The notes under the pieces are model-generated. The model was not told the DNA's origin, did not search any database, and worked only from the letters and a program-made list of their open reading frames with translations. Both the position numbers and the translations under genes were made by a program. From contig CAXULY010000014.1 of assembly GCA_964252075.1 (NCBI GenBank), positions 1 to 64,000 of the forward strand: a stretch of 64,000 nt of DNA. The letters run 5' to 3'. Shown here piece by piece: positions 28,412 through 37,817 of this stretch (position 1 is the stretch's first letter; every line of letters begins with the position of its first letter). Source of the DNA: an uncultured Deinococcaceae bacterium. GTDB taxonomy: Bacteria > Deinococcota > Deinococci > Deinococcales > Deinococcaceae.

Positions 28412-30466
28412 TCACCCGTCCTGAGAATCTGCTGGTTCCTGGGCGTGACGGGACGCCGCGTCCGCGTGCCCCAGCGCCTCGGACGCCTGGGGAGCGTCAC
28501 CGGACCGCGCGTACCCCTGCGCGGCGGCGTGGTACAGGGCCGCCGCCTCGCGAAAGCGGAGCGTCGCTTCTGCCGCGTGGGCGGCCTTCAGGAACCAGGC
28601 GGCCGCTTGCGCTTCGTCGCCTCCCGCCGCCCAGTGGTGCGCAATGACGCCCGCCGGCGCGGCCTGCTGGGTCAGCATGCGCGCCGCAGCGCGGTTCAGG
28701 ATCTGGCGCACCGAAGGGGGGGTGCCGGCCGCAACGCTTTCCTGCACCAGGTCGTGACTGAACCGCTCTCCGGCGACCACCTGGGCCGTCTCGAGCTCCT
28801 CCCAGGCGGACGCGGCGGTGAGCAGGTCGGCATTCAGCATGCCCGCCACGCGCTCGATGGTGATGTCCGTCCGCAGGACGGCTGCGGCCTGCACGACCTG
28901 AACGGCGGTGGGGGACAAGTGCCGCAGGCGCTGCTGGATCACCAGTTCAATGGTGCCCGGGAGGCGCTGATCGCCGCCGTGCACATCGAAGTTGCCCGTC
29001 TCGTACATCTGCTTGATGGTTTCCAGCACGAACTGCACGTTGCCGCCGGTGCTGTGCGTGAGGACGTCGGCGAGTCGCGCGGCGTCCGGCACGGCGAGCG
29101 CCGACAGCAGATCCGTCACAGCCGTGATGCTGAGGGGTTCGACCTCGATGCGCACGGCGCTGCCCGCGTCGACATGGCGGTCCACGGTCGCCTGAGCGGC
29201 GGACGTGATTTCATCCCGCCGGTACAGAATCAGGTGCCGTGGCACGTCGCCGTGCGCGCCGAGCGCGGCGCTGTGAGACAGGAAGAACACGCCGAGTTCC
29301 ATGGTCGCCTGGTCGTAGTACTGGATGTCGTCGGTGATGGTGGCCACGACGCCTGGGCTGGTGAGGCGCACCATCTCCAGGTGCGCCTGGAAGAACGGCA
29401 TGCGGTCGTGCTCCGCCATGGGCGGAACTTGACGTTCACCTTCGCGGAACTCAGGCATCACGCGGGCCAGTTCGCGCTTCACCCAGCGGGGCAGGTGGGC
29501 CTGCGGCGCGGCGGCGAGTCGGGCGCGCGCGTTGCGGACCGCGCCTGAGAACGGCACGTCCTGCTCACCCGGTCGTCCCTGAAGGTACAGGACCCTGCCT
29601 TTGCTGCGCGCGAAATCCAGCGCCAGCCGCGTCTTGCCGACGCCCGGCATGCCCGTGAGGTAGATGGTCTTGCCGGCATGCCAGGCTTCCTCCATGAGGT
29701 GCCACGCGGCGTCCCGACCGACCAGGCGGGGTGGGCGCAGCACCGCCATCGGGATGCGGGTGCGCTCGGGGCCGCCCGGTACCCGGCCCTCGTCAATGTC
29801 GCGCGCCATGCGCACCAGGTCAGGGTGGGGCGTGGCGCCCAGCTCCCGGGCCAGCTGGTCCTTGTAGCGGCGGTACGCGCTGAGCGCAGCGGGCCGGTCG
29901 CCGTCGAGCATGTGCACCTGCATCAGCGTGCGGTGCGCGTGCTCAGACAGGGGGTCGAGGTCAAGGAGCTGCTGCAGCAGCACCAGCGCTGCCGGAAGGT
30001 CGTCGCTGCCCACCGCGTGGTCGATGGCCTGCTGCAGCTGCTGTTCACGCAGCTCGGTCAGACGTTCGCGCACGGCCAGCAGCCACTCGGAGAACGCTGG
30101 GGCGTCATCGAACTCCAGGCTGCCAAGCGGCGTGGCGGTGCTCAGGGGCACCAGTGGAGCGCCGTTCAGCGCGTCCTGCAGATCCACGCGAACGCCGGAC
30201 CGCAGCGCGAGCCTGGGTTCGCGGGAGATGAGGGGGACGCCAGTGAGGTGGTCCAGGCGCCCCAGGGTGTGCACGAGGTTGTTGCGCGCGACCTTCTCCG
30301 GCACGGCGGGCCACAACAGCCGCGCCACGCGGGCGCGCGGCGTCGGGCCCTCCAGGGCGAGGTACGTCAGGAGCGCGGCGGCCCGCCGCTCACAGGAGAT
30401 CACGCGGTCGTGGTGCTCCAGCGTGGCGGACGGGCCAAGGACGTGCACGCGCCATTCCTTCGCCAC
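28412..30466 (-). CDS. BTAD/SARP-type STAND activator, short form
   Basis: LLTYLALEG, ARNNL, DPLSEHAHR, Walker A GMPGVGKT, Walker B ITDDIQ, FSHDL; leaderless TGcTATCCT-N6-GTG. Confidence 0.9.
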   Translation of the reverse strand: MAKEWRVHVLGPSATLEHHDRVISCERRAAALLTYLALEGPTPRARVARLLWPAVPEKVARNNLVHTLGRLDHLTGVPLISREPRLALRSGVRVDLQDALNGAPLVPLSTATPLGSLEFDDAPAFSEWLLAVRERLTELREQQLQQAIDHAVGSDDLPAALVLLQQLLDLDPLSEHAHRTLMQVHMLDGDRPAALSAYRRYKDQLARELGATPHPDLVRMARDIDEGRVPGGPERTRIPMAVLRPPRLVGRDAAWHLMEEAWHAGKTIYLTGMPGVGKTRLALDFARSKGRVLYLQGRPGEQDVPFSGAVRNARARLAAAPQAHLPRWVKRELARVMPEFREGERQVPPMAEHDRMPFFQAHLEMVRLTSPGVVATITDDIQYYDQATMELGVFFLSHSAALGAHGDVPRHLILYRRDEITSAAQATVDRHVDAGSAVRIEVEPLSITAVTDLLSALAVPDAARLADVLTHSTGGNVQFVLETIKQMYETGNFDVHGGDQRLPGTIELVIQQRLRHLSPTAVQVVQAAAVLRTDITIERVAGMLNADLLTAASAWEELETAQVVAGERFSHDLVQESVAAGTPPSVRQILNRAAARMLTQQAAPAGVIAHHWAAGGDEAQAAAWFLKAAHAAEATLRFREAAALYHAAAQGYARSGDAPQASEALGHADAASRHAQEPADSQDG

Positions 30467-30637
30467 GCGCCCAGGATAGCAAGCGGCCGCCTGGCCTCCG
30501 GGCGCCGGCAGTCAGCCCAACGGCGCGTGCAGCTCGCCCCGCCGGCGCTGCATCAACCAGAACGCCCACCAGCCACGTGCCGCTCCTCGGGATACGGCGC
30601 GGAGCGCACGCAGGTGTTTGCTACCCTGGGGGTGCGG

Positions 30638-32695
30638 ATGTCAATGTCGACGGGATGGCGCCTGGAGTTGCTCGGGCGCGGTGCGCTGGTCGGTGCCTCG
30701 GGGCAGCACCTGACCCTCAACAGCAAGCTGCTGTCCGCGCTGGCTTACCTCGCCCTGGAAGGACCCACCCCGCGTGCGCGGCTCGCGGATCTGCTGTGGC
30801 CGGACGTGCCCGCCACCACCGCCCGCAACAACCTCGTGCAGCTCTTCCGCCGGGCCCGGCAGCAACTCGAGGTGGACCTGATCCAGGGGGCCGATGCGCT
30901 GGACCTGCCCGCCACACTGCGGGTGGACACGCGCGACCTGGCGGACACCTACCTGAGCGGGGGATTCGACGAGACCCTCGTGCAGGCTGGACCGCTCCTG
31001 GCGAACTTCCAGGGGGAAGAAGCCACTGACCTGACGGACTGGGTGCGCGCGCAGCGCGAGCGGCTGGAGCAGCAGCGGCTGGTGCTGCTCCGGCGTGAAG
31101 CGGAGCGGCTGGAGCGCGAAGGGGCGTACCTTCACGCGGAACAGTGGGTTCAGCAACGCCTGCGGCTGGACCCGCTGTCGGAGGACGCATACCGGCGCCT
31201 GATCCGCCTGCGGCACCTGCAGGGCGACCGGGAGGGAGCGCTGCAGGCCTTCGCGACCTGCCAGACGGTGCTCGCGCGGGAACTGAAGACCACGCCGCTG
31301 CCCGAAACCTGCGCCCTCGCCGACGAGGTCGCTCGGGGCGACATCCCACCCGTCCCGAGCGCGCGGGGACGCGCGAGCGCGCACGGTGCGCGGCGGCCGC
31401 CCGCCCTGGTGGGCCGAGAGGACCTCTGGGCGCGCATGGACGCGGCGTGGCGGGAGGGGAAGCTGATCCTGCTCAGCGGGCCGCCGGGGGTGGGCAAGAC
31501 GCGGCTGGCGCTGGACTTCGCGCGCAGCAAGGGCGAGGCGCTGCGGGTGGCGGCGCGTCCGGGCGACGCGGCCACCCCTTTTGCGACGAACACCCGCATG
31601 GCCCGCGCGCACCTCGCCCTGCACCCGGAGGTGGCGCCGCCCGGGTGGGTGCGTGACGCGCTGGCGCAGCACCTGCCCGAGTGGCGGGACGCCGAGGGCA
31701 CCACGCCCGCGCGCGGCGCCCAGGATCCGCAGGCGCTGTTCGAGGCCCAGCTGGAACTGGTGCGCCGCACCAGCGCCGGTCTGGCCGCCATCATTGTCGA
31801 CGACCTGCAGTATTTCGATGACGCGAGCGTGCGCGTGGGCAGCGCCCTGATCGCCCGGGCGTACCCGCTGAGCGCTGAGGATGGTGTCCCACCGCACCTG
31901 GCGGTGTACCGCGCGGGTGAACTGACCCCGGAGCGCGCCGCCGTCCTTGAGCAGCTGGTGAACGCAGGCCTGGCGGCGCACATCGAGGTCGGGCCCCTGT
32001 CGGCGTCAGCCGTTCTCGCGATGCTGCAGGGCATGGGCGTTCCGGACGCGGCGCGGCTCGCGCCGCGCCTGACGCGCTTCACGGGCGGCAACCCGCAATT
32101 CATTCAGGTGACGGTGCAGCACCTGCTGGAGCAGGGGGCCCTCGTGGACCCTCCGGAACGGCTGCCACTCCCGCCCGCCGTTCATGAGGTGTTGTCGCGC
32201 CGCCTGGGTCGTCTGTCGCGCGGGGCCCTGCAGGCCGCGCGGGCGGCGGCCGTGCTGCAAAGTGACTTCACGCCGGAACTCGTCGCGGAGATGCTGGGCG
32301 CGCCGCTGTTCGATACGCTGGGCGCGTGGGAGGAACTTGAGGACGCGCAGATCCTCACGGGTGACCTCTTCACGCACGACCTGATGCTCGAGGCGGTCCG
32401 GGCGGGCATCCCCAGTGGCGTGCTCCGGCTGCTGTGCCGCAGTGCCGCCCGCACCCTGGAGCGCAGGGCCGCAGAGCCATCCCGCATTGCGTCGTTCTGG
32501 CTGGAGGGGGGTGACTTGAGCGCCGCCGCGACGTGGTTCAGGCGGGCCGGAGAGGATGCCGCGCAGAAGTTTCTGCTGCGCGAAGCGTCGAGCTTCTACG
32601 CCCTGGCTGCGGACGCCACTGAGCGACTCGGGGCGCCGGGCGCATTGTCGGGCCCCACTCCGGCCACCCAGCGCGCCCACAACCCTGGGGGTTGA
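30638..32695 (+). CDS. BTAD/SARP-type STAND activator, short form (start could be 30632, 30638 or 30644)
   Basis: LAYLALEG, ARNNL, DPLSEDAYR, Walker A GPPGVGKT, Walker B IVDDLQ, TGGNP; TGcTACCCT at 30619-30627. Confidence 0.88.
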   Translation: MSMSTGWRLELLGRGALVGASGQHLTLNSKLLSALAYLALEGPTPRARLADLLWPDVPATTARNNLVQLFRRARQQLEVDLIQGADALDLPATLRVDTRDLADTYLSGGFDETLVQAGPLLANFQGEEATDLTDWVRAQRERLEQQRLVLLRREAERLEREGAYLHAEQWVQQRLRLDPLSEDAYRRLIRLRHLQGDREGALQAFATCQTVLARELKTTPLPETCALADEVARGDIPPVPSARGRASAHGARRPPALVGREDLWARMDAAWREGKLILLSGPPGVGKTRLALDFARSKGEALRVAARPGDAATPFATNTRMARAHLALHPEVAPPGWVRDALAQHLPEWRDAEGTTPARGAQDPQALFEAQLELVRRTSAGLAAIIVDDLQYFDDASVRVGSALIARAYPLSAEDGVPPHLAVYRAGELTPERAAVLEQLVNAGLAAHIEVGPLSASAVLAMLQGMGVPDAARLAPRLTRFTGGNPQFIQVTVQHLLEQGALVDPPERLPLPPAVHEVLSRRLGRLSRGALQAARAAAVLQSDFTPELVAEMLGAPLFDTLGAWEELEDAQILTGDLFTHDLMLEAVRAGIPSGVLRLLCRSAARTLERRAAEPSRIASFWLEGGDLSAAATWFRRAGEDAAQKFLLREASSFYALAADATERLGAPGALSGPTPATQRAHNPGG

Positions 32696-32752
32696 GCCGG
32701 GCACGCGCCCACACGCCTATCCCAGCAGTGGGAGGGGCGCCGCCGTTGGTGC

Positions 32753-33535
32753 TCAGCTTTCGGGCGTAAGGTCCAGGTTCGAACGCAACTCCTCGCCGCA
32801 GGTCAGGAAGCCGCCGTCGAACGTCACGATGTTCGTGCCGCGGTGCGGGCTGTCGTTGTCGACCCGCACGCGCACCGCCGTGACGGCGCCCGCCGCGTCC
32901 GTCAGTTCGGCGGTCACGGCGTACTTCCCGAGGGAAATGTCCTGCACCGTGAAGCCCGCCATGCCCCCCCCGCCAATGTCGACGCTGCCCTGCAGGGCAA
33001 TCGTGCGCCCTGTGCTGCCGTCCATCAGTGGCCCCTGCGGCACCAGCGTCACGGTGCCCTGATACGTGCCGGGCGTGAAGCCCCGCAGCTCCACATCAAG
33101 TTTCCCGCCGTACGGACTGCCGTCCGGATGGGCGTTCGCGCCCTGGATGGCGAGGCTGAGGTTGCGCACCGCTCCGTCTGCCGCCCAGAAGCCCTCCGTG
33201 TCATCCGGCTTGAGCTGCAGGCAGTACGTTTTGCCGTCGAATTGGGCGTTGTACGTGCCGAGCACGCGCCACGACCCGTCCGGAACCTTGACGGTGTACT
33301 GGCCGTTCGCGCCCACCCGCGTTTTCACGCTGGTCATGTAGACCGAGTTGTGCACCTCGACTTCCGCGCCAGTCAGGGGGCGGCCAGCCGCGTCCACAAC
33401 CCGCCCGGTCGCGGTGTACGGTGACGCGCTTTGGCCGCCCGAACCTCCGGGTTGCGCCGCCCAGGTGCTGCCGGCGCAGGCGCTGAGCAGGGCCGCGAAG
33501 GTGAAAAGGATGCCGGTCATTCTGTGTGGGGTCAT
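32753..33535 (-). CDS. Lipoprotein with carboxypeptidase-regulatory-like domain
   Basis: RBS AGGAG; lipobox LLSAC; TGRVVDAAGRPLTGAEV...GQYTV; TLVPQGPLMDGSTG matches paralog TLTPVGTLADGSRG. Confidence 0.78.
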   Translation of the reverse strand: MTPHRMTGILFTFAALLSACAGSTWAAQPGGSGGQSASPYTATGRVVDAAGRPLTGAEVEVHNSVYMTSVKTRVGANGQYTVKVPDGSWRVLGTYNAQFDGKTYCLQLKPDDTEGFWAADGAVRNLSLAIQGANAHPDGSPYGGKLDVELRGFTPGTYQGTVTLVPQGPLMDGSTGRTIALQGSVDIGGGGMAGFTVQDISLGKYAVTAELTDAAGAVTAVRVRVDNDSPHRGTNIVTFDGGFLTCGEELRSNLDLTPES

Positions 33536-33594
33536 GGTGAGGCTCCTGTGCATGAGGACCAAGGGGTTGGGGGGCTGTACGTTCAGGCGCACGG

Positions 33595-34725
33595 TCAGTC
33601 GCGCAGCAGGCGCTGAAGCAGGCCCGCGGCGTCCCCCGCCTCGATTTCGTCGGGGGACAGGCCCAGGTACACGGCGGTCGAGCGGCCGCTGCCGCCCAGG
33701 CCCTTCTTGCGGACGGCCACGGCACCGCGCTCGTCCGCGTTCACGCTGACGGTGAGCAGCGCTTGCCCGTTCGGGTCATTGAGCCGCTTGAACGCCACGA
33801 CGCTGGCGGGGTTCGAGAGCCGCAGCGCGCCCATGCCCTGCGTTGCGCTCCCATGCACGGGCAGCGCCTCGGGCGCGTCCCGGCGGTACTGGAAAGTGTA
33901 GCCCGCCACGCCCAGCTGATCCCGCAGGAACGCCTTCTGAAGCGCGTTCCGGTCGGTGTTCTGGTCCGTCCCCTGATAGACGTTGCCGGTCCCGTCCAGG
34001 TGCTGCACGAACGCGGCGGACTGCAGCACGAGCCGGTGGTCAGGCGCCGACAGGTAGCGGGTCATGGCGCTCAGGTCATCCGGGGTGGGCGGCTGATCCC
34101 ACTGATTCCCGGTGTACCACAGCACCCCCGTGTACCTCGCGAGCGCCTCGGCGCCCGGCCCGTTGATGGCGGGCACATCCGTGGCGATGCTGCCCGACCG
34201 AACGACAAAGACGTCGAACGCCCGGCCCGCGAGGACCGCCCGCATGGTGAGGTCCAGCGGGGAGAGCGGCGCGTCGGTGCGCTGCGGCGCCGCGTTGTTG
34301 GCGCTGCGGTCAGCGTCGACCAGCAGCCATTTCTCCACCTTGACCTGCACGCCGATGGTTTTCGTGATGGTGCCGTTCGTGCCGCGCACCGTCAGCGGGT
34401 ACGTGCCCGCCGGGACATTCGCGCCGACCGTGAGGGTCAGGGCGCTGATTCCCCCCTCCTGACCGCCGAAGGCGCCCCGGATGCGGTCCGCTCCGGTTCC
34501 GGCGGACGCGCCCTCCAGCGTGAGGCTCACCTGACCGCCAGAACGCGGTAGGCGCGTGATGCGGATGCTGGTGGTGCCGCTGTGCGACGGTCCGACGCTC
34601 AACTCAGCCGGCTGGGCCGCCAGTGTGAACTCCGGATCGCCGCCCGCGCCGCCGGATGGGGTCCCGCCGCAACTGGCGAGCGCCGCCGTGAGCAGCAACA
34701 GGCCGATGGTGTTTCGTGTGTTCAT
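33595..34725 (-). CDS. Lipoprotein: Ig-like N-terminal domain plus alpha/beta C-terminal domain, unknown function
   Basis: RBS AAGGAGG; lipobox LASC; AGTYPLTVRGT Ig-like strand; LLVDAD and VLWYTG. Confidence 0.75.
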   Translation of the reverse strand: MNTRNTIGLLLLTAALASCGGTPSGGAGGDPEFTLAAQPAELSVGPSHSGTTSIRITRLPRSGGQVSLTLEGASAGTGADRIRGAFGGQEGGISALTLTVGANVPAGTYPLTVRGTNGTITKTIGVQVKVEKWLLVDADRSANNAAPQRTDAPLSPLDLTMRAVLAGRAFDVFVVRSGSIATDVPAINGPGAEALARYTGVLWYTGNQWDQPPTPDDLSAMTRYLSAPDHRLVLQSAAFVQHLDGTGNVYQGTDQNTDRNALQKAFLRDQLGVAGYTFQYRRDAPEALPVHGSATQGMGALRLSNPASVVAFKRLNDPNGQALLTVSVNADERGAVAVRKKGLGGSGRSTAVYLGLSPDEIEAGDAAGLLQRLLRD

Positions 34726-34748
34726 GCGTACCCTCCTTGGGTACGGGC

Positions 34749-34783
34749 AACGTAGCCATGGCCAGGTGACGGACCCATGACCG
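34749..34783 (-). promoter_or_regulatory. Cargo promoter copy 4
   Basis: Minus strand cgGTCAtgggtccGTCAcctggccatggcTACGTT. Confidence 0.72.
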
Positions 34784-34976
34784 GCGGGCCGGGCGTACCA
34801 GCCGACGGTGGCGCCACTCGCGCACTGGCGGGCGGTGACCCGCATGTGGTGCGGCGAAAGTGACGCCGTCATGCTTCCCGTGGAACGCTCTGATGGAAGG
34901 AGAGGGTCAAGCCCCCCACCGCGCCGGGTGCCAGGCGCGTCGCCCGGCGCCGGTTCACCCACGCAGCATTCACGGC

Positions 34977-35011
34977 TTGTCACCCGTCCGTCACCTCGTG
35001 CCTGGCAGCGT
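34977..35011 (+). promoter_or_regulatory. Cargo promoter copy 5
   Basis: ttGTCAcccgtccGTCAcctcgtgcctggCAGCGT. Confidence 0.72.
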
Positions 35012-35083
35012 GCAGAGGAGATGGGCGGAACGCGCTGTAGCACCGCGCTGGTATCCGCCCGTCCGCTGACCTGGAGGAACATC

Positions 35084-35665
35084 ATGAACAGAACCCTGCG
35101 CCTGCTTGGAATCATCACCCTGATCTGCGCGCCCGCCCTGCACCTGGAGGCCGCCAGGCACGGCTTTCAGCGCGTCGCCAACGAGAACACCGATGTTGTC
35201 GGCGCGATACTCTACGGTCTCTTCTCGGTCGGTTGGCTGGCGGGGATGGTCGGCTTGCGTCAGCTCTCCGCCACCGGGCGGGGCGTGGTGGGGCGCGCCG
35301 TGGTGACGCTGCCCATCGCGACCATTGGCCTCGCCCTCGGGCAGACGCTGATGGACCTGCTGCACGTGCCGACCGGCAACCCGCTGTACGCCATCACAGA
35401 CCTCGCGTGGCCCCTGAGCATGGTGCTCACCTTCGTGGTGGGTGTTGCCGCCCTGCTGGCGCGCACGCTGCCGCTGTGGGGAAGACTGGTGCTGGCGTTC
35501 TGCGGTCTCTCACTGCCCGTCACCATCGTGCTGGGGGTGTTGCATGTGGAGTTGCCCGGTGACCTGTTCGGCTGGCACACCACGCTGGGCTGGGCCCTGT
35601 GGGGGCTCCTGCTCATCGCGTCATCCGCCCGTGACCGCGCTGCTCAGCCCGTGCTGGCGGGTTGA
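35084..35665 (+). CDS. Multi-pass membrane protein (paralog of 7338-7919)
   Basis: RBS GGAGG; 193 aa like the paralog; shares LRLLG, ICAPA, LYGLFS, GQTxMDLLHVP, TDLAWP and GWALWG. Confidence 0.8.
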   Translation: MNRTLRLLGIITLICAPALHLEAARHGFQRVANENTDVVGAILYGLFSVGWLAGMVGLRQLSATGRGVVGRAVVTLPIATIGLALGQTLMDLLHVPTGNPLYAITDLAWPLSMVLTFVVGVAALLARTLPLWGRLVLAFCGLSLPVTIVLGVLHVELPGDLFGWHTTLGWALWGLLLIASSARDRAAQPVLAG

Positions 35666-35687
35666 GGTCGCCACAACCCTGGTTCTG

Positions 35688-35710
35688 GCGCGGCCACACG
35701 GTGGCCGCGC
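35688..35710. terminator. Hairpin after the membrane gene
   Basis: Perfect 10-bp stem GCGCGGCCAC-acg-GTGGCCGCGC. Confidence 0.55.
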
Positions 35711-35821
35711 CCTTCGGTTTGCGGTCTCAGGTGGCCGCGCGCGGCTTTCCGTACCTGAACGTGGTGCTCACCCGTGGCGGGTCCTGCATGAGCACGGCCC
35801 CCAGACCGCCCGCAGCGTCCA

Positions 35822-36048
35822 TCACCCTGGTTCACGGCGCGCGTCCTCGCGCCGGTGCTGCCCGAGCAGCGCCCGGTGCTGTTCCAGCAGCGTATCCTGT
35901 TGACGAAGGCCCTGCGCCTGCACGATGAGGTGCATGGAGTGCGTGATGCGTTCGCGTGACGCCTGAAGCACCGCGTCCGTCTCGGTCAGCAGCGCCCTTG
36001 AGCGCGTCAGGAGGTCCGGCGTGTTCACATCGTCATGATGTCGGTCAT
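35822..36048 (-). pseudogene. Small helical protein gene, either frameshifted near its start or coupled to a 7-codon uORF
   Basis: GAGGAG-aacc-ATG reads MTDIMTM*; its TGA overlaps GTG 36028, which reads VNTPDLLTRSRALLTETDAVLQASRERI... Confidence 0.35.
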
Positions 36049-36850
36049 GGTTCTCCTCACGTTCCGATGAGACGGGAAGTTCAGGTGGGTGGTCGCGTCG
36101 CCAGCGCGGCTGAGGGCAGGAACGGCGACCACGGTCACCCCACGAGGTCTCAAGAGGAGGCGCGTGAGCGGTCATGGTGTTGGTTGCGTGTCTCCTGATG
36201 GTCGGGCGCCAACGTGAGGGCGGGCCGCCATCCACCTTCAGGCCGCCCGCGCGCTTGAGCGGAAACGCCATGGGGCGCCGCACCGGAGGGCGCCCCGCAG
36301 TGCTTCCGCAACAGAAAAGGGACGGACGGGACTTCCGCCACGGGCGTCGTTGCTCCTCCACCACCTCACGCATGCACGAAGTGCCGCGCGGCCACGCCAG
36401 TCGAAGGGGGAATGGCCGCTCAATGATGCGCCCGGGCGGGTTTGTGTGCCATAAGGCGGGCGCTGAGCGACGCCCTGCGCGCGGGTCATGATGCGGCGGG
36501 GTTCCCCTCGCGCGGGTCAGTGGGGCGCACGGGGCTGAACTCCCACCTGCACGTTCTGACCACCGGGGCCGCTTGAGCGCAGGCGAAGCAGGGCGTTTCC
36601 CTGGACGGCACGCCACCTGGAGATTGGCGCCCCTGCAGGATTGTCCGGGCGCGCCACTTCAAGCCGTCACTCGGCCACGTACGCGGACGGCCTGGCCTAC
36701 GCCTGTTGCCGACGCTCCCCTCCGCACGCCCAGCAGCGCGACCTTGAGGTGATTCCACCGGCGGTGGCGGACGCGCCCGAACGGTTCGGCCCAGGGCGGG
36801 GGCGCTCTGGTGGGCCCCAATTCCCCGTCACCCCACGAGCCGTTCCGACC

Positions 36851-37639
36851 TTAGCGCCAGCCGGGATTGGTGAAGCCGCCATCCACGAATAGGCTCTGCC
36901 CGGTAATGAAGCGCGCCTCATCGCTGCACAGCCACGCCACAAGGTCGGCCACATCCTCGGGCTCCCCGAGTCGCTTCAGGGCGGCGTGGGCGTCGAAGGG
37001 CAGGAGCGCCGCCTCGCCGCCGCCCAGCGCCATGGGGGTTTGAATGACGCCGGGGTTCACGTTGTTGATGCGGATGCCGCCAGGACCCACTTCCAGCGCC
37101 ACCGCCCGGATCATCGCGTCAAGGGCGCCCTTGCTGGCCGAGTACACCGACGTGCCCGCCGTGGCGGCCTGCGACAGGAACGACGAGGTGTTCACGATGC
37201 TGCCGCCCTGACCGTGGCGCTCCATGGCCTGCACCTCGTACTTCACGAGGAGCCACACCCCGCGCAGGTTCGTGGTGACCGTCGCGTCGAAGTCGGCGGA
37301 GGTCAGCTCGGGGATGGGCTGCATGGCGCCCATCACGCCCGCGTTATTGAAGGCAGCATCCAGGCGCCCGAAGTGCGTCAGCGCACCGTCCACGAGCGCC
37401 TGAACGGCGCCTTCGTCGGTGACGTCGGTCGGCAGGGCGAGTGCCTGCCCGCCGCGTGTGGTGATTTCGTCTGCAACCTGCCGGAGCTGTGCCTCACGCC
37501 GTCCAGCGAGCACCACGGCCGCGCCCCGGCGGGCGAGCGTCCGTGCTGTGGCGCGGCCGATGCCGGTGTCGGCGCCCGTCACGAGGACGACCTTGCCGGC
37601 AAGTGCGGCTGTCGTGAGTGCAGGGATGTGCTGTGTCAT
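36851..37639 (-). CDS. SDR-family oxidoreductase
   Basis: TGADTGIG, NNAG, YSASK, NPGVI and ITGQ...DGG motifs. Confidence 0.92.
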   Translation of the reverse strand: MTQHIPALTTAALAGKVVLVTGADTGIGRATARTLARRGAAVVLAGRREAQLRQVADEITTRGGQALALPTDVTDEGAVQALVDGALTHFGRLDAAFNNAGVMGAMQPIPELTSADFDATVTTNLRGVWLLVKYEVQAMERHGQGGSIVNTSSFLSQAATAGTSVYSASKGALDAMIRAVALEVGPGGIRINNVNPGVIQTPMALGGGEAALLPFDAHAALKRLGEPEDVADLVAWLCSDEARFITGQSLFVDGGFTNPGWR

Positions 37640-37817
37640 GCGTCTCCTTCAGACGTGACGGCGGCCGGGGCTGCATTGCAGCCCGCGGTCCTCTGGCCGT
37701 CGCCCGATCCGCGTGTTTGGCGGTGTGTCGAAAGGATTGACGCGCGATCCTTGCACGTCCAAGATTTATTCGTGGCTCGATTGATACTCGGGACCGCTAT
37801 GGTGGTACGTTGAGGGT

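Noticed and set aside
29678..30637. N-terminal 320 aa of the 1005-aa ORF
   Set aside because: Mostly antisense to the 28412-30466 gene; the real protein starts near 30638, where similarity to the paralogs begins
4031..32695. Calling the STAND proteins Avs/NLR-type anti-phage effectors
   Set aside because: Their N-termini are DNA-binding wHTH-BTAD domains rather than nuclease, TIR or SIR2 effectors; nothing in the sequence links them directly to phage defence
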